Of a DNA stretch of 64,000 bases, positions 54,853 through 64,000 are shown in pieces; the first letter of the stretch is position 1; each line of letters begins with the position of its first letter. This DNA is from Rhodospirillales bacterium (GTDB lineage: Bacteria > Pseudomonadota > Alphaproteobacteria > Rhodospirillales > JAPHRK01). The translations under genes and the position numbers were made by a program. The notes below the pieces were generated by a model. It was not told the origin of the DNA, ran no database searches, and worked only from the letters and a program-made list of their open reading frames with translations. The stretch lies in contig JAPHRK010000002.1 of assembly GCA_026196105.1 (NCBI GenBank), forward strand, positions 140,566 through 204,565, written 5' to 3'.

Positions 54853-55160
54853 GGATTCTCGTTCTACTCCAGTCCGAATCTTTCTTAGTTTAAGCTCTAA
54901 TAAGGTACCACCTCTTTGGATTAATTTTAAGTATTACATGAGGCTTTTGCACTAACTGATTTTCAATATGTGTTAAAAAGTTCCTGTAACCTATGACAAC
55001 CCTTAAGAAAAATACCTTTTAGCCAAAACCTCTTTGCTCTTCAAAAAATAAAATAACTCGAAGATAGAGCCTTATTCGCGACAGATAAATCAGGAAAACC
55101 CTCAAAGCCCCTGATTTCCCACAACATCCAGTAGGGTCAAGTACTTTATTGTCATTTTTA

Positions 55161-55176
55161 TAACAATATCTTGTTG
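55161..55176. promoter_or_regulatory. NrdR-box-like 16-mer, copy 1, in the nrdJ upstream region
   Basis: TAACAATATCTTGTTG matches 11/16 positions, including all core capitals, of the NrdR palindrome acaCwAtATaTwGtgt as I recall it. Confidence 0.35.
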
Positions 55177-55305
55177 CATCCAAAATCTACCTGACCTACA
55201 TTTTGCGTCGTTCGCGGAGCTCCAATACAGAATATGGTGCCCAAATAAGACAAGGCCCATAAGTGGATACCACATGAAGCCACTGGGACTGTATGGTGTT
55301 GGAAG

Positions 55306-55321
55306 TAACTATATCTGGTGT
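55306..55321. promoter_or_regulatory. NrdR-box-like 16-mer, copy 2, in the nrdJ leader
   Basis: TAACTATATCTGGTGT matches 12/16 positions. It shares TAACwATATCTkGT with copy 1. Confidence 0.35.
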
Positions 55322-55409
55322 TCGGGAAGGCGCCAGGAACATTCGCGGCAAACATTTTTAAAATGTCATTCGTCGTATTTTTATCTAATTTGTGTCGTTC
55401 GGGGTACAC

Positions 55410-58400
55410 ATGCGTATTACACGTCATTTCACACGTAAAAACGAATCACCTTATGCGAGTATTGCTTTCCGCAAAGGTATCAGCGAAATCCGCAATCCAG
55501 ATGGGTCTATTGTCTTTCAAGCTAAAGATATCAATATTCCAGCTGATTGGTCACAGGTCGCCTGTGACGTTATTGCACAGAAATATTTCCGTAAAGCAGG
55601 CATCCCTGCTGCCGTAAAACCGGTAAAGGAAAAAGATGTTCCAGCTTGGCTTCAGCGTCAGACACCTGATACTAAAGCTCTAGAAAAACTTTCTGAAGAT
55701 GAACGCTATAGCGCTGAAACCAGTGCAACCCAAGTTTTCGATCGTATGGCCGGTACTTGGACATATTGGGGCTGGAAAGGTGGCTACTTCGACGGCGAAG
55801 CAGACGCTCAGGCTTACTATGATGAAATGCGCTTTATGCTGTGTAAACAAATGGGAGCGCCGAACTCTCCACAGTGGTTTAATACTGGTTTGCATTGGGC
55901 CTATGGAATCGATGGTCCTGCCCAAGGCCACCATTATGTGGATTACAAATCAGGCAAATTGGTCAAATCCAAATCTGCTTACGAACACCCGCAACCTCAT
56001 GCTTGCTTCATTCAAGGTGTCAGCGATGACCTCGTGAATGAAGGCGGTATTATGGATCTATGGGTTCGTGAAGCTCGCTTATTCAAGTATGGTTCTGGAA
56101 CAGGCACAAACTTCTCTCGCGTTCGTGGCGGTGGAGAAGCCCTCTCAGGTGGCGGGCACTCCTCTGGCCTCATGAGCTTCCTTAAAGTTGGTGATCGGGC
56201 TGCCGGGGCGATTAAATCAGGTGGCACGACTCGCCGTGCAGCCAAAATGGTTGTTCTTGATGTTGATCACCCTGATGTTGAAGAATTTATCAGTTGGAAA
56301 GTTCTTGAAGAACAAAAGGTCGCAGCTTTGGTTGCTGGTTCACAACTAGCAAACATTCACCTCAATGAGGTTTTAGCCTCTTGCACTGAAGGTGATGAAG
56401 AAAGCCGCTTTGACCCCCGTAAAAACAAGGGCCTGAAGAAAGCGATTATCGGCGCACGCAAATCTAAAATTCCTGAGAACTATATCCAGCGAGTTATCCA
56501 ATTCGCTCGGCAAGGGTTTACAGAAATTGAATTCCCAACCTATGACACCGATTGGGATTCAGAAGCATACCGGACCGTTTCTGGTCAAAATTCAAACAAC
56601 ACCATTCGGGTATCTAACGACTTTTTAAATAGAGTCTTAGCTGATGGTGAATGGGAGTTGATTGCTCGTAAAGACGGTGGCGTCACCAAACGGGTTAACG
56701 CGCGTGATTTGTGGAACCAAATTGGCAATGCAGCATGGGCTTGTGCCGATCCTGGGTTACAATTTGATACCACCATCAACGACTGGCATACTTGCCCCGA
56801 ATCTGGTCGGATTAATGCTTCGAACCCTTGTTCTGAGTACATGTTCCTTGATGATACGGCATGTAACCTCGCCTCATTGAACCTCATGACCTTCATGAAT
56901 GAAGACGATAGCTTCTCTATTGAGTCTTTCTCACATGCTGTTCGTCTGTGGACCGTCTCTCTTGAAATTTCTGTGATGATGGCACAATTTCCTTCAGCTC
57001 AGATTGCTCAACTCTCATACGACTTCCGCACCCTCGGCCTTGGCTATGCTAATATCGGCGGTTTACTGATGGCTTCTGGCTTGGCATATGACAGTGAGGA
57101 AGGCCGGGCTTATTGTGGCGCGATTTCGTCCCTGATGACAGGCGTTGCATATGCCACTTCTGCTGAATTGGCTGGCGAAATGGGGACCTTCCCAGGTTTT
57201 GAAGCCAGCAAAGACAGCATGTTGCGGGTTATCCGCAATCACCGTCGGGCGGCGATGAGTGATCGTAAAGGGTACGAAGCTCTCTCTATTCAACCAATTC
57301 CACTTGATGCGGCTAATTGCCCAAGCTCAGACTTAGTCGCAGCAGGCAGAGCCTCTTGGGACCGGGCTTTAGAACTTGGCGAAAAGCACGGCTATCGTAA
57401 TGCGCAGGTTTCCGTTATTGCACCAACCGGTACCATTGGCTTGGTGATGGACTGTGATACCACAGGCATTGAACCTGACTTTGCGACTGTGAAGTTCAAA
57501 AAACTTGCTGGTGGTGGTTACTTCAAAATTATCAACCGCACCATTCCGGCAGCTTTGACCAAACTCGGTTACTCCGAAGATCAAATTGCTGAGATGATCC
57601 ATCACGCTGTTGGTCGGAGTACTCTTGCAGGGGCCCCTGGAATCAACTTAGAAACTCTGAAAGAAAAAGGCTTCACTTCTGAAGTCTTGGCCTCACTTGA
57701 AACAGCGATCAAAGATACCTTTGATATCAAATTTGCTTTCAACAAATGGACCTTGGGAGCAGAATTCTGCAAACAAACTCTTGGCTTTACCGATGCCCAA
57801 TTAGATGACATTTCCTTCAACATGCTTGAAGAACTTGGCTTTAAAACTGAGGAAATCGAGATCGCCAACACCTTCGTTTGTGGTGCGGGTACCCTTGAAG
57901 GGGCACCTTATCTTAAGGATGAACATCTCCCCGTCTTTGATTGTGCAAACCCATGTGGCCGGACTGGAAAGCGTTTCTTATCAGTCAACAGCCACATCAT
58001 GATGATGGCAGCGGCTCAACCCTTTATCTCAGGCGCTATTTCAAAAACAGTCAACATGCCAAGCACGGCAACAGTTGAAGATTGTGAAGCTGCATATATG
58101 CTTTCGTGGGAAGTTGGGCTTAAAGCCAATGCCTTATACCGGGATGGGTCCAAGCTCTCACAACCTCTGAGCGCTCAAGTACTTGAAGATGACGATTACG
58201 ACGATATTGCAGAACAACCTGCAGCAGCTCAGGCCACTATTGTTACGGAGAAGATTATTGAGAAGTTCGTAACTCAACGTCGTCGCCTTCCTCATCGCCG
58301 GAAAGGTTACACCCAGAAAGCTATTGTTGGCGGTCACAAGGTATACCTTCGTACTGGTGAAAATGATGACGGGTCCCTTGGCGAAATCTTCATTGATATG

Positions 58401-59051
58401 CACAAAGAAGGCGCTGCCTTCCGAAGCTTGATGAACAACTTCGCCATCGCTATTTCAATCGGCCTCCAGTATGGAGTGCCACTTGAAGAATATGTAGAAG
58501 CTTTCACCTTCACCCGTTTCGACCCTTCAGGGATTGTTGAAGGCAACGACACCATCAAAATGGCAACTTCCATTCTTGATTATCTGTTCCGTGAACTAGC
58601 GATCTCTTATCTTGGTCGTAATGACCTTGCCCACGTTCAGCCGGGTGATCTTGACCCGGGCAGCTTGGGTAAAGGCGATAAAGAAGGTGATCTTAATAAC
58701 GATGAAGTACCTGCAATCGGGCACTTTGCAAGTAAAGGCTACATCCGTGGCAACTTCACAGTCTTTCATGGGGCTGGAGGAGATGGTTTTGGCCGCGGAA
58801 GTGGGCATACCACAAGCAGTGGAGGTGAATCTTTAGCAGCAAGTGCTATGGAGCAAACAGAGCTTCAACCAGCCGTGGTCTTAGAAGGCAACGTAATGGA
58901 AGAAGCAGACTCCAAGCTAGATCAAATTCGTGAAGCAAAAATGCGCGGTTACGAAGGTGATCCCTGCCAGGAATGCCAAAACATGACCCTTGTACGCAAT
59001 GGCACTTGCCTTAAATGCGTAACATGTGGCGCAACAAGCGGTTGTTCATAA
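55410..59051 (+). CDS. nrdJ: Class II (adenosylcobalamin-dependent) ribonucleotide reductase, long form
   Basis: ~1213 aa. …NPCSEY… catalytic loop region, …SKTVNMP…, C-terminal Cys cluster CQECQ…CLKCVTCG. I prefer the ATG at 55410 over the GTG at 55392. Confidence 0.95.
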   Translation: MRITRHFTRKNESPYASIAFRKGISEIRNPDGSIVFQAKDINIPADWSQVACDVIAQKYFRKAGIPAAVKPVKEKDVPAWLQRQTPDTKALEKLSEDERYSAETSATQVFDRMAGTWTYWGWKGGYFDGEADAQAYYDEMRFMLCKQMGAPNSPQWFNTGLHWAYGIDGPAQGHHYVDYKSGKLVKSKSAYEHPQPHACFIQGVSDDLVNEGGIMDLWVREARLFKYGSGTGTNFSRVRGGGEALSGGGHSSGLMSFLKVGDRAAGAIKSGGTTRRAAKMVVLDVDHPDVEEFISWKVLEEQKVAALVAGSQLANIHLNEVLASCTEGDEESRFDPRKNKGLKKAIIGARKSKIPENYIQRVIQFARQGFTEIEFPTYDTDWDSEAYRTVSGQNSNNTIRVSNDFLNRVLADGEWELIARKDGGVTKRVNARDLWNQIGNAAWACADPGLQFDTTINDWHTCPESGRINASNPCSEYMFLDDTACNLASLNLMTFMNEDDSFSIESFSHAVRLWTVSLEISVMMAQFPSAQIAQLSYDFRTLGLGYANIGGLLMASGLAYDSEEGRAYCGAISSLMTGVAYATSAELAGEMGTFPGFEASKDSMLRVIRNHRRAAMSDRKGYEALSIQPIPLDAANCPSSDLVAAGRASWDRALELGEKHGYRNAQVSVIAPTGTIGLVMDCDTTGIEPDFATVKFKKLAGGGYFKIINRTIPAALTKLGYSEDQIAEMIHHAVGRSTLAGAPGINLETLKEKGFTSEVLASLETAIKDTFDIKFAFNKWTLGAEFCKQTLGFTDAQLDDISFNMLEELGFKTEEIEIANTFVCGAGTLEGAPYLKDEHLPVFDCANPCGRTGKRFLSVNSHIMMMAAAQPFISGAISKTVNMPSTATVEDCEAAYMLSWEVGLKANALYRDGSKLSQPLSAQVLEDDDYDDIAEQPAAAQATIVTEKIIEKFVTQRRRLPHRRKGYTQKAIVGGHKVYLRTGENDDGSLGEIFIDMHKEGAAFRSLMNNFAIAISIGLQYGVPLEEYVEAFTFTRFDPSGIVEGNDTIKMATSILDYLFRELAISYLGRNDLAHVQPGDLDPGSLGKGDKEGDLNNDEVPAIGHFASKGYIRGNFTVFHGAGGDGFGRGSGHTTSSGGESLAASAMEQTELQPAVVLEGNVMEEADSKLDQIREAKMRGYEGDPCQECQNMTLVRNGTCLKCVTCGATSGCS

Positions 59052-59102
59052 GGCCAAACTAATCGGGGACCCCTCTCCCTTGTTAATTACTTGCCTGACG
59101 AA

Positions 59103-59140
59103 AAGGTGCATTGGACTAGTTCTGATGCGCCTTTTTGTTT
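59103..59140 (+). terminator. Rho-independent terminator of nrdJ
   Basis: AAGGTGCAT (59103-59111) pairs with ATGCGCCTT (59125-59133), one G-U pair. It runs into TTTTTGTTT. Confidence 0.7.
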
Positions 59141-59283
59141 GCATTTTTTAGTCGCATATAGAACCTATCAGAGTACTCGATCACGAATACTTGAATGACT
59201 CTATTTGTTTTTCCCCTTTAACTTAGGCGTGGTTTAGCCCAATCTCTTATTAAGCCATTAGAAATCAACGGATTCATAACTTC

Positions 59284-60513
59284 GTGCAAACTAAACAGAA
59301 GATATTCATTGTTGACGATGATCAGGATATGATCGACTTCCTAAGCACCTGCTTGGAAAGCAACGATTACAAAGTCCAAGCCACAAGCGATGCCAGAGAT
59401 GCTGTAGAAAAAATTCTGAAAATTCGTCCTCAAGGGATTATCGTTGATTTGATGATGCCAGAAAAAGATGGGTTTGAACTGGTTAGGGATTTGCGTCAGG
59501 AAAAATCTCTAGATAGTACGAAGATTATTGTTATCTCCTCAAAAACTTATGAATTCGACCGTAGACGTTGTGCTGACTTAGGGGCTGACGGTTATATTAC
59601 CAAGCCTCTAAACCCACAAACGATTACCCAACAAATCAGGCGCATTCTTGACGACCAAATAGATATGACCTTCTGGGGCGTTCGTGGCACCCTGCCCGTT
59701 CCGGGTGAGAAAACATTAAAATACGGAGGCAACACCTCTTGTATCTCTCTTGAAATACCTGGTGAAAATCTCCTGATTTTTGATGCGGGCTCTGGTATCA
59801 AAGCCCTTTCTGATAAAATGATGGAATGGAACCGATATCCCGTTATTGGCAAAATCTTTATTTCCCACCCCCATTGGGATCACATCAACGCTCTTCCTTT
59901 CTTTGGGCCTATGTTCAATCAGGGAAATGAGTTTGAAATTTGTGGCGCGTCCCATTGTGATATTTCTATGCGGGAAATGATCTCTGCACAGATGGATGGT
60001 GTATATTTCCCTATAACTTTAAAAGAATTTGCTGCCCGAGTTTATTTCCGCAACTTAGCTGAAGAAGAAATCGAAATTGGCGAAGTTAAAATTGCGACCA
60101 AGCTCCTCAATCACCCTGGAAAATGCCTCGGCTATCGGGTCACCTACAAAGACCGATCAATCTGCTATATCACTGACAACGAACTCTTCAACGAAGACAG
60201 TGACTTCTACAACCCCTTTTATGTCAAAGGCTTAATAAAATTCATCCAAGGAACTGACGCCTTAGTGACAGATACGACGTACAGTGATGAAGAGTATCTA
60301 AGCAAAGTTGGTTGGGGACATTCAAGTGTGAGCCAAGTAGTGAAGCTAGCTCACAAAGCTGAGGTCAAAAACCTTTATCTCTTCCACCATGACCCCGACC
60401 AAACCGATGATGATATTGATGAAAAGTTCAAAGCAGCCCAGCGTCTTTTGTTGGAACTAAAATCAAACACCCAGTGCATCGCCCCCTGTGAGGGCGATGT
60501 TGTCCGACTTTAA
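59284..60513 (+). CDS. Response regulator: REC domain + MBL-fold metallo-hydrolase domain
   Basis: 409 aa. REC (KIFIVDDDQDM…IIVDLMMPEKDG…ITKP) followed by …WGVRGTLPVPG…YGGNTSC…ISHPHWDHINALPFF…HHDP…. GTG start. Confidence 0.8.
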   Translation: MQTKQKIFIVDDDQDMIDFLSTCLESNDYKVQATSDARDAVEKILKIRPQGIIVDLMMPEKDGFELVRDLRQEKSLDSTKIIVISSKTYEFDRRRCADLGADGYITKPLNPQTITQQIRRILDDQIDMTFWGVRGTLPVPGEKTLKYGGNTSCISLEIPGENLLIFDAGSGIKALSDKMMEWNRYPVIGKIFISHPHWDHINALPFFGPMFNQGNEFEICGASHCDISMREMISAQMDGVYFPITLKEFAARVYFRNLAEEEIEIGEVKIATKLLNHPGKCLGYRVTYKDRSICYITDNELFNEDSDFYNPFYVKGLIKFIQGTDALVTDTTYSDEEYLSKVGWGHSSVSQVVKLAHKAEVKNLYLFHHDPDQTDDDIDEKFKAAQRLLLELKSNTQCIAPCEGDVVRL

Positions 60514-60516
60514 GAA

Positions 60517-61530
60517 TTAGCTATGGTCTAGGCAGATTTTACCAAAGTGTTTTCCGCTTTTAAGGTAATTCAAGCCTTCTATAGCTTCCTCAAATGGATA
60601 GACCTTATCGACAACAGGGTGCATTTCATGTTGTGCCATTGCCTTCACCATTGCAACAAACCCTTCACGCGACCCAACGGTGATACCTTGAATTCGGACA
60701 TTACGCATTAGAACCAAGGGTAAGGGGAATTCACCTTTAGCACCTGAAAGAACACCGATGAGGCTAACTGTGCCCCCAACACGGACAGCACGAACGGCTT
60801 TCCCCAAAGTTTCGGCTCCACCAACCTCAATAATATGGTCCGCCCCAACGCCATTGGTCATTTTCTTAACCGCCTTATCCCAATCAGGGTTGGTGCGGTA
60901 ATTGATAACCTCATCGGCACCTAAAGCTTTCGCACGCTCAAGTTTCTCATCACTAGAAGAGGTAATAATTGTCCGAACGCCGTGCATTTTTGCTATTTGG
61001 AGAGCAAAGAGAGATACGCCGCCAGTCCCTTGCATGACCACTGTATCACCAGCCCGGATATTGCCTTCAGTTACAAGAGCACTCCAAGCGGTCAAGGCTG
61101 CACAGGGCAAGGTGGCAGCTTCTAAGTAGGTCATATAATCAGGGATTTTGACCACACCCTTTTCAGGTAAGACCATCATTTCAGTCATTGTGCCATCAAG
61201 GGGAGCACCAAGGGCACCAGATTGTTTTTCTTGGGATGGAGGACCATCTTGCCAAGTTTGGAAAAACATAGTCGCAACCCGGTCTCCTACAGTTAAGCCA
61301 GAAACACCTTCACCAACTTCAACAACTTCCCCTGCCCCATCAGGGCTCGGAATAATGGGAGCTTTAACGGCAGGTCCGTAAGCGCCATCAATCGTAATCA
61401 AGTCTCGATAATTTAAAGATGACGCCATTACTTTGATAAGAACTTCGCCATGACCTGGCTTAGGGTCAGGCAAATCAGTCAGCTTAAAGTTATCTAAACC
61501 GAACTCGTCGTTAATTCTCCACGCCCGCAT
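60517..61530 (-). CDS. Zinc-type/MDR family NADPH:quinone oxidoreductase-like dehydrogenase
   Basis: …GEVLIKVMASSLNYRD…, …GTGGVSLFALQIAK… I prefer the ATG at 61530 (AGGAG 6 nt upstream). The track start 61620 adds 30 aa. Confidence 0.85.
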   Translation of the reverse strand: MRAWRINDEFGLDNFKLTDLPDPKPGHGEVLIKVMASSLNYRDLITIDGAYGPAVKAPIIPSPDGAGEVVEVGEGVSGLTVGDRVATMFFQTWQDGPPSQEKQSGALGAPLDGTMTEMMVLPEKGVVKIPDYMTYLEAATLPCAALTAWSALVTEGNIRAGDTVVMQGTGGVSLFALQIAKMHGVRTIITSSSDEKLERAKALGADEVINYRTNPDWDKAVKKMTNGVGADHIIEVGGAETLGKAVRAVRVGGTVSLIGVLSGAKGEFPLPLVLMRNVRIQGITVGSREGFVAMVKAMAQHEMHPVVDKVYPFEEAIEGLNYLKSGKHFGKICLDHS

Positions 61531-61625
61531 AATCATCTCCTGATAAATAAAGTTTTCAACAGTGTAGTCGAAAACAAAAAAACTGCTATCCTGCATTATC
61601 AAAAAATTATAAAGAGGCAAAAATC

Positions 61626-62093
61626 GTGAGTTCAGTAGAAAAACGTCTAACGGAGAAAGGCATTATCCTCCCTGCAGCCGCTGCACCCGCAGCCAACTAT
61701 GTGCCTTATGTGATTAGTGGTAACCAGATTTTCGTTTCCGGACAAATAACGGTCGATAACGGTGAGCTAAAACATCTAGGTCGAGTAGGAGACACCCTCA
61801 CAATTGAGGAAGGGTATGAAGCTGCGAAGCTCTGTGGCCTAAACCTTATCGCCCAAGCCAACGCCGCCTGTGGCGGTGACCTGGACCGAATTACCCGAGT
61901 GGTTAAACTCGGTGGTTTTGTTCAATGTACAGATGGTTTCACCGATCATCCAAAGGTGATTAATGGCGCCTCTGATCTGATGGTTGAGGTTTTCGCGGAT
62001 GCAGGAAAACACGCGAGATTCGCCGTCGGTGTTCCCGCCCTGCCTCTGGGTGTTTCTGTTGAAGTTGACGCAATTTTTGAGTTCAAAAACTGA
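61626..62093 (+). CDS. RidA/YjgF family protein (paralogue 1)
   Basis: 155 aa. …ANYVPYVISGNQIFVSGQ…KVINGASDL…FAVGVPALPLGVSVEVDAIFE… GTG start. Confidence 0.85.
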   Translation: MSSVEKRLTEKGIILPAAAAPAANYVPYVISGNQIFVSGQITVDNGELKHLGRVGDTLTIEEGYEAAKLCGLNLIAQANAACGGDLDRITRVVKLGGFVQCTDGFTDHPKVINGASDLMVEVFADAGKHARFAVGVPALPLGVSVEVDAIFEFKN

Positions 62094-62563
62094 TGACAGA
62101 CTCTATTCACTCACATTTAAAAGAATTAGGGATCGAACTCCCTGAGCCTATGCAACCTGTAGCAACATATGTTCCTTATGTGATTAGCGGTAACTTGCTC
62201 TACACTTCAGGACAAGGCCCCGTGCTCAATGGGGAATTTAAAAGCGTTGGCAAGTTAGGGGACAACCTCACTGTGGAACAAGGTTACGAAGCCTCGCGGC
62301 TCACAGCCCTGAATATTCTTTCCCAAGCAAATGCTGCCCTTGATGGTAATCTAGATCGAATCGTTCGTTGTGTGAAACTCTTTGGATTAGTGAATTGCAC
62401 CCCAGATTTCACCGACCAACCCAAGGTGATCAATGGTGCCTCGGATTTGATGGTCAAAATTCTTGGCGATAAAGGGAAACATTGTCGGGCCGCTGTTGGG
62501 GCTCCATCTTTACCTTTTGATACGTCAGTTGAGATAGACGGAATTTTTGAAATATTACTGTAA
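62093..62563 (+). CDS. RidA/YjgF family protein (paralogue 2)
   Basis: 156 aa, collinear with paralogue 1 (…ATYVPYVISGNLLYTSGQ…KVINGASDL…). The start overlaps the previous stop (TGATG). Confidence 0.85.
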   Translation: MTDSIHSHLKELGIELPEPMQPVATYVPYVISGNLLYTSGQGPVLNGEFKSVGKLGDNLTVEQGYEASRLTALNILSQANAALDGNLDRIVRCVKLFGLVNCTPDFTDQPKVINGASDLMVKILGDKGKHCRAAVGAPSLPFDTSVEIDGIFEILL

Positions 62564-62605
62564 ATTCCCATTGTCATATAGCTCGCATCCCCCCATCTTT
62601 CCCCT

Positions 62606-63766
62606 ATGCCTGATGGACGTGAACCTATAGCCGTAAAAGTGGTCTCAAAAATCGCCGACATTCCTGCTGAGCAGTGGGATGCCTGCGCGGGGACCATTAA
62701 CCCATTTGTTAGCCATGCCTTTCTTCTGGCGCTGGAATCTTCTGGCACCGTAAAGGCTGAAACCGGATGGCAACCTCAGCATCTTTCCATTGAGAATAAA
62801 GACGGTGAAGTTGTTGCTTGCGCTCCGCTCTATCTCAAATCCCATTCCTATGGGGAATATGTCTTTGATTGGGCCTGGGCCAATGCCTATCATCGTGCAG
62901 GCGGGAAATATTACCCCAAACTGCAAAACGCTGTTCCCTTTTCCCCCGTTCCTGGCCCTCGTTTTTTGGTCAATCCAGAGGAAAATCAAGCTGAGCTGAC
63001 ACAAGCCCTGATGGAGGCACTCGCTCAACTAACCAAACAGCACCACCTTTCCTCTGCCCATGTGACCTTTTGCCAAAAGGAAGAATGGGAAAAGCTCGGG
63101 GAGAAAGGATACCTCTTGCGTACTGGGCACCAATTTCACTGGAGTAATGACGGTTACAAAACATTTGATGACTTCCTTGCGGCTCTCTCATCGCGCAAAC
63201 GCAAAACCATCAAAAAAGAGCGCCGAGGGATCCAAAAACATGATGTAGACCTAAAAACAATTACTGGCACTGACATCACCGAAAGCCACTGGGACGCCCT
63301 TTACACCTTTTATCTCGACACCGCGGCCCGTAAATGGGGCGAACCCTATTTGAACCGTGAGTTCTTCACTCTTTTGGGGGAAACTATGGCGGATAAAGTG
63401 GTTTTGTTCATGGCCGAAAACAACGGTGTCCCCACGGCTGCCGCTTTTAATATCTTGGGAGAAGACACCCTCTACGGCCGTTACTGGGGCTGCATCGAGG
63501 ATTATAAATTCCTCCATTTCGAAGCTTGCTACTACCGCGCTATCGATTTCGCCATCGAGCATGGCCTTGCAAAAGTTGAAGCTGGTGCCCAAGGCTCACA
63601 TAAAGTGCAGCGCGGCTATCTCCCCACAAAAACCTACAGCGCCCACTGGATTCCCGACCAAAAGTTCCGCGAAGCAGTTGACCATTTCTTGCTTCATGAA
63701 CGTCGAGATACAGACAACGAAATCAAAGCCTATATGGGATATTCACCATTTAAGAGTGAGACTTAA
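62606..63766 (+). CDS. GNAT-fold protein of the DUF482 / BioF2-like (FemAB-like) family
   Basis: 386 aa. …HAFLLALESSG…GW.PQHL…YLKSHSYGEYVFDW.WA…, …FEACYY.AI.…. Confidence 0.7.
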   Translation: MPDGREPIAVKVVSKIADIPAEQWDACAGTINPFVSHAFLLALESSGTVKAETGWQPQHLSIENKDGEVVACAPLYLKSHSYGEYVFDWAWANAYHRAGGKYYPKLQNAVPFSPVPGPRFLVNPEENQAELTQALMEALAQLTKQHHLSSAHVTFCQKEEWEKLGEKGYLLRTGHQFHWSNDGYKTFDDFLAALSSRKRKTIKKERRGIQKHDVDLKTITGTDITESHWDALYTFYLDTAARKWGEPYLNREFFTLLGETMADKVVLFMAENNGVPTAAAFNILGEDTLYGRYWGCIEDYKFLHFEACYYRAIDFAIEHGLAKVEAGAQGSHKVQRGYLPTKTYSAHWIPDQKFREAVDHFLLHERRDTDNEIKAYMGYSPFKSET

Positions 63767-63852
63767 ACCCATCACATTGCACACACGGTATTGTGAGAAG
63801 ACCTATGAAGCGCAGTGGGATATTTTGATATCTCACTTTCTTGGAGAATATG

Positions 63853-64000
63853 ATGCGCTCGGCAATTGGTTCTTTTTTTCTCTTTATCTTTTTTATCCAA
63901 CCCACCCTTGCGCAACCCTCCCATATGCAGGTCCCCCGGCAAGCCCCAGACTGGGTCATTTCAGAATGGCTTAATGGCAAAGGAGTTAAGGTAAATGATC
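63853..64000 (+). CDS. 5' end of a secreted redoxin/TlpA-like protein (partial, runs off the window)
   Basis: GGAGA precedes ATGATG (63850/63853). The signal peptide MRSAIGSFFLFIFFIQPTLA is followed by …APDWVISEWLNGKG…, reminiscent of thiol-disulfide oxidoreductase N-termini. Only ~50 codons are visible. Confidence 0.4.
   Translation, partial: MRSAIGSFFLFIFFIQPTLAQPSHMQVPRQAPDWVISEWLNGKGVKVND

Noticed and set aside
54853-54930. tRNA-like T-loop fragment (AGTCCGAATC) in the HD-GYP/nrdJ intergenic region
   Set aside because: No acceptor stem, D-arm or anticodon arm can be drawn around it on either strand.
55235-55349. Fragments reminiscent of a cobalamin riboswitch in the nrdJ leader: GCCACTGG at 55279-55286, CGGGAAGGC at 55323-55331, GCCAGGAA at 55331-55338
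   Set aside because: The 5' half of the aptamer (AA.GGGAA…GGTG..AA.TCC…CCCGC.ACTGT) is not recognisable, and the B12 box is incomplete (GCCAGGAACATTCGC versus AGCCAGGAGACCTGCC). B12 riboswitches are known upstream of B12-independent RNRs rather than nrdJ. I treat this as coincidence unless cmsearch with RF00174 says otherwise.
62284-63028. 154-aa and 127-aa minus-strand ORFs spanning the RidA/GNAT junction
   Set aside because: Shadow ORFs. They cross an intergenic gap and two well-supported plus-strand genes.
1-64000. Scan for mobile or defence content: transposases, integrases, phage genes, CRISPR repeats, toxin-antitoxin pairs, restriction-modification, retrons
   Set aside because: None of the ORFs of 60 aa or more shows such motifs, and no array of regularly spaced direct repeats was seen. 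The only repeat-like DNA is the small palindromic element family reported above.

Overview
This is a gene-dense chromosomal segment, about 92-93% coding by my hand tally of the gaps. No rRNA, tRNA, CRISPR array, transposase, integrase or phage gene was recognised. The gene content suggests a marine alphaproteobacterium: aroQ-accB-accC-aat, an NDUFA12-like/MlaD/DUF2155 cluster, a ~1200-aa NrdJ and a periplasmic Sox system. That taxon is inference only. GC looks mid-40s % by eye and was not computed.

Left to right:
(1) The gltB 3' end and gltD.
(2) An orphan 608-aa protein with a C-terminal cNMP-binding domain.
(3) A ~25-kb acyl-CoA/lipid catabolic region. It holds a thioesterase, a crotonase, two TetR regulators, a FadE2/ACAD10-11-type ACAD and an SDR. 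It also has one long same-strand array: a Liv-type ABC importer, a FadB/J-like bifunctional enzyme, a thiolase, two tandem MBL-fold hydrolases and an APH-fold kinase. After a multi-PAS GGDEF-EAL protein come a 600-aa ACAD, a 3-hydroxyacyl-CoA dehydrogenase and an acyl-CoA synthetase.
(4) fpr and a Sox thiosulfate-oxidation locus: soxXYZAB-soxV, two soxW paralogues, a SoxS-like thioredoxin, a GlcG-like protein and an unknown secreted protein. No soxCD or soxR lies in the window. YeeE-type and BASS-type transporters flank it.
(5) A REC-HD-GYP regulator, then an SDR, carboxyltransferase and 73-aa biotin-carrier operon with no biotin carboxylase. This operon is divergent from a covalently duplicated (tandem) TetR.
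(6) A globin-coupled diguanylate cyclase, ornithine/lysine decarboxylase, a ThiS-ThiG fusion, aroQ-accB-accC-aat, DUF2155, two MlaD-like genes and an NDUFA12-like gene.
(7) A second REC-HD-GYP, nrdJ behind a 557-bp leader, a REC-MBL-fold response regulator, a quinone oxidoreductase, two tandem RidA paralogues and a DUF482-type GNAT.

The candidates I consider most worth follow-up:
- The MBL-MBL-kinase tail of the ABC/beta-oxidation array, together with the unlinked ACAD10/11-type dehydrogenase. This may be a lactone/4-hydroxy-acid route.
- The carboxyltransferase/BCCP/SDR operon without a biotin carboxylase, with its fused double TetR and a 15-mer shared with the BASS transporter promoter.
- The unusual accessory content and intercistronic terminator-like hairpins of the sox locus.
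- Nested-palindrome REP/MITE-like elements.
- A perfect CRP-type palindrome in a gene-free convergent spacer.

All functional calls come from reading motifs in the supplied translations. No database search was run.
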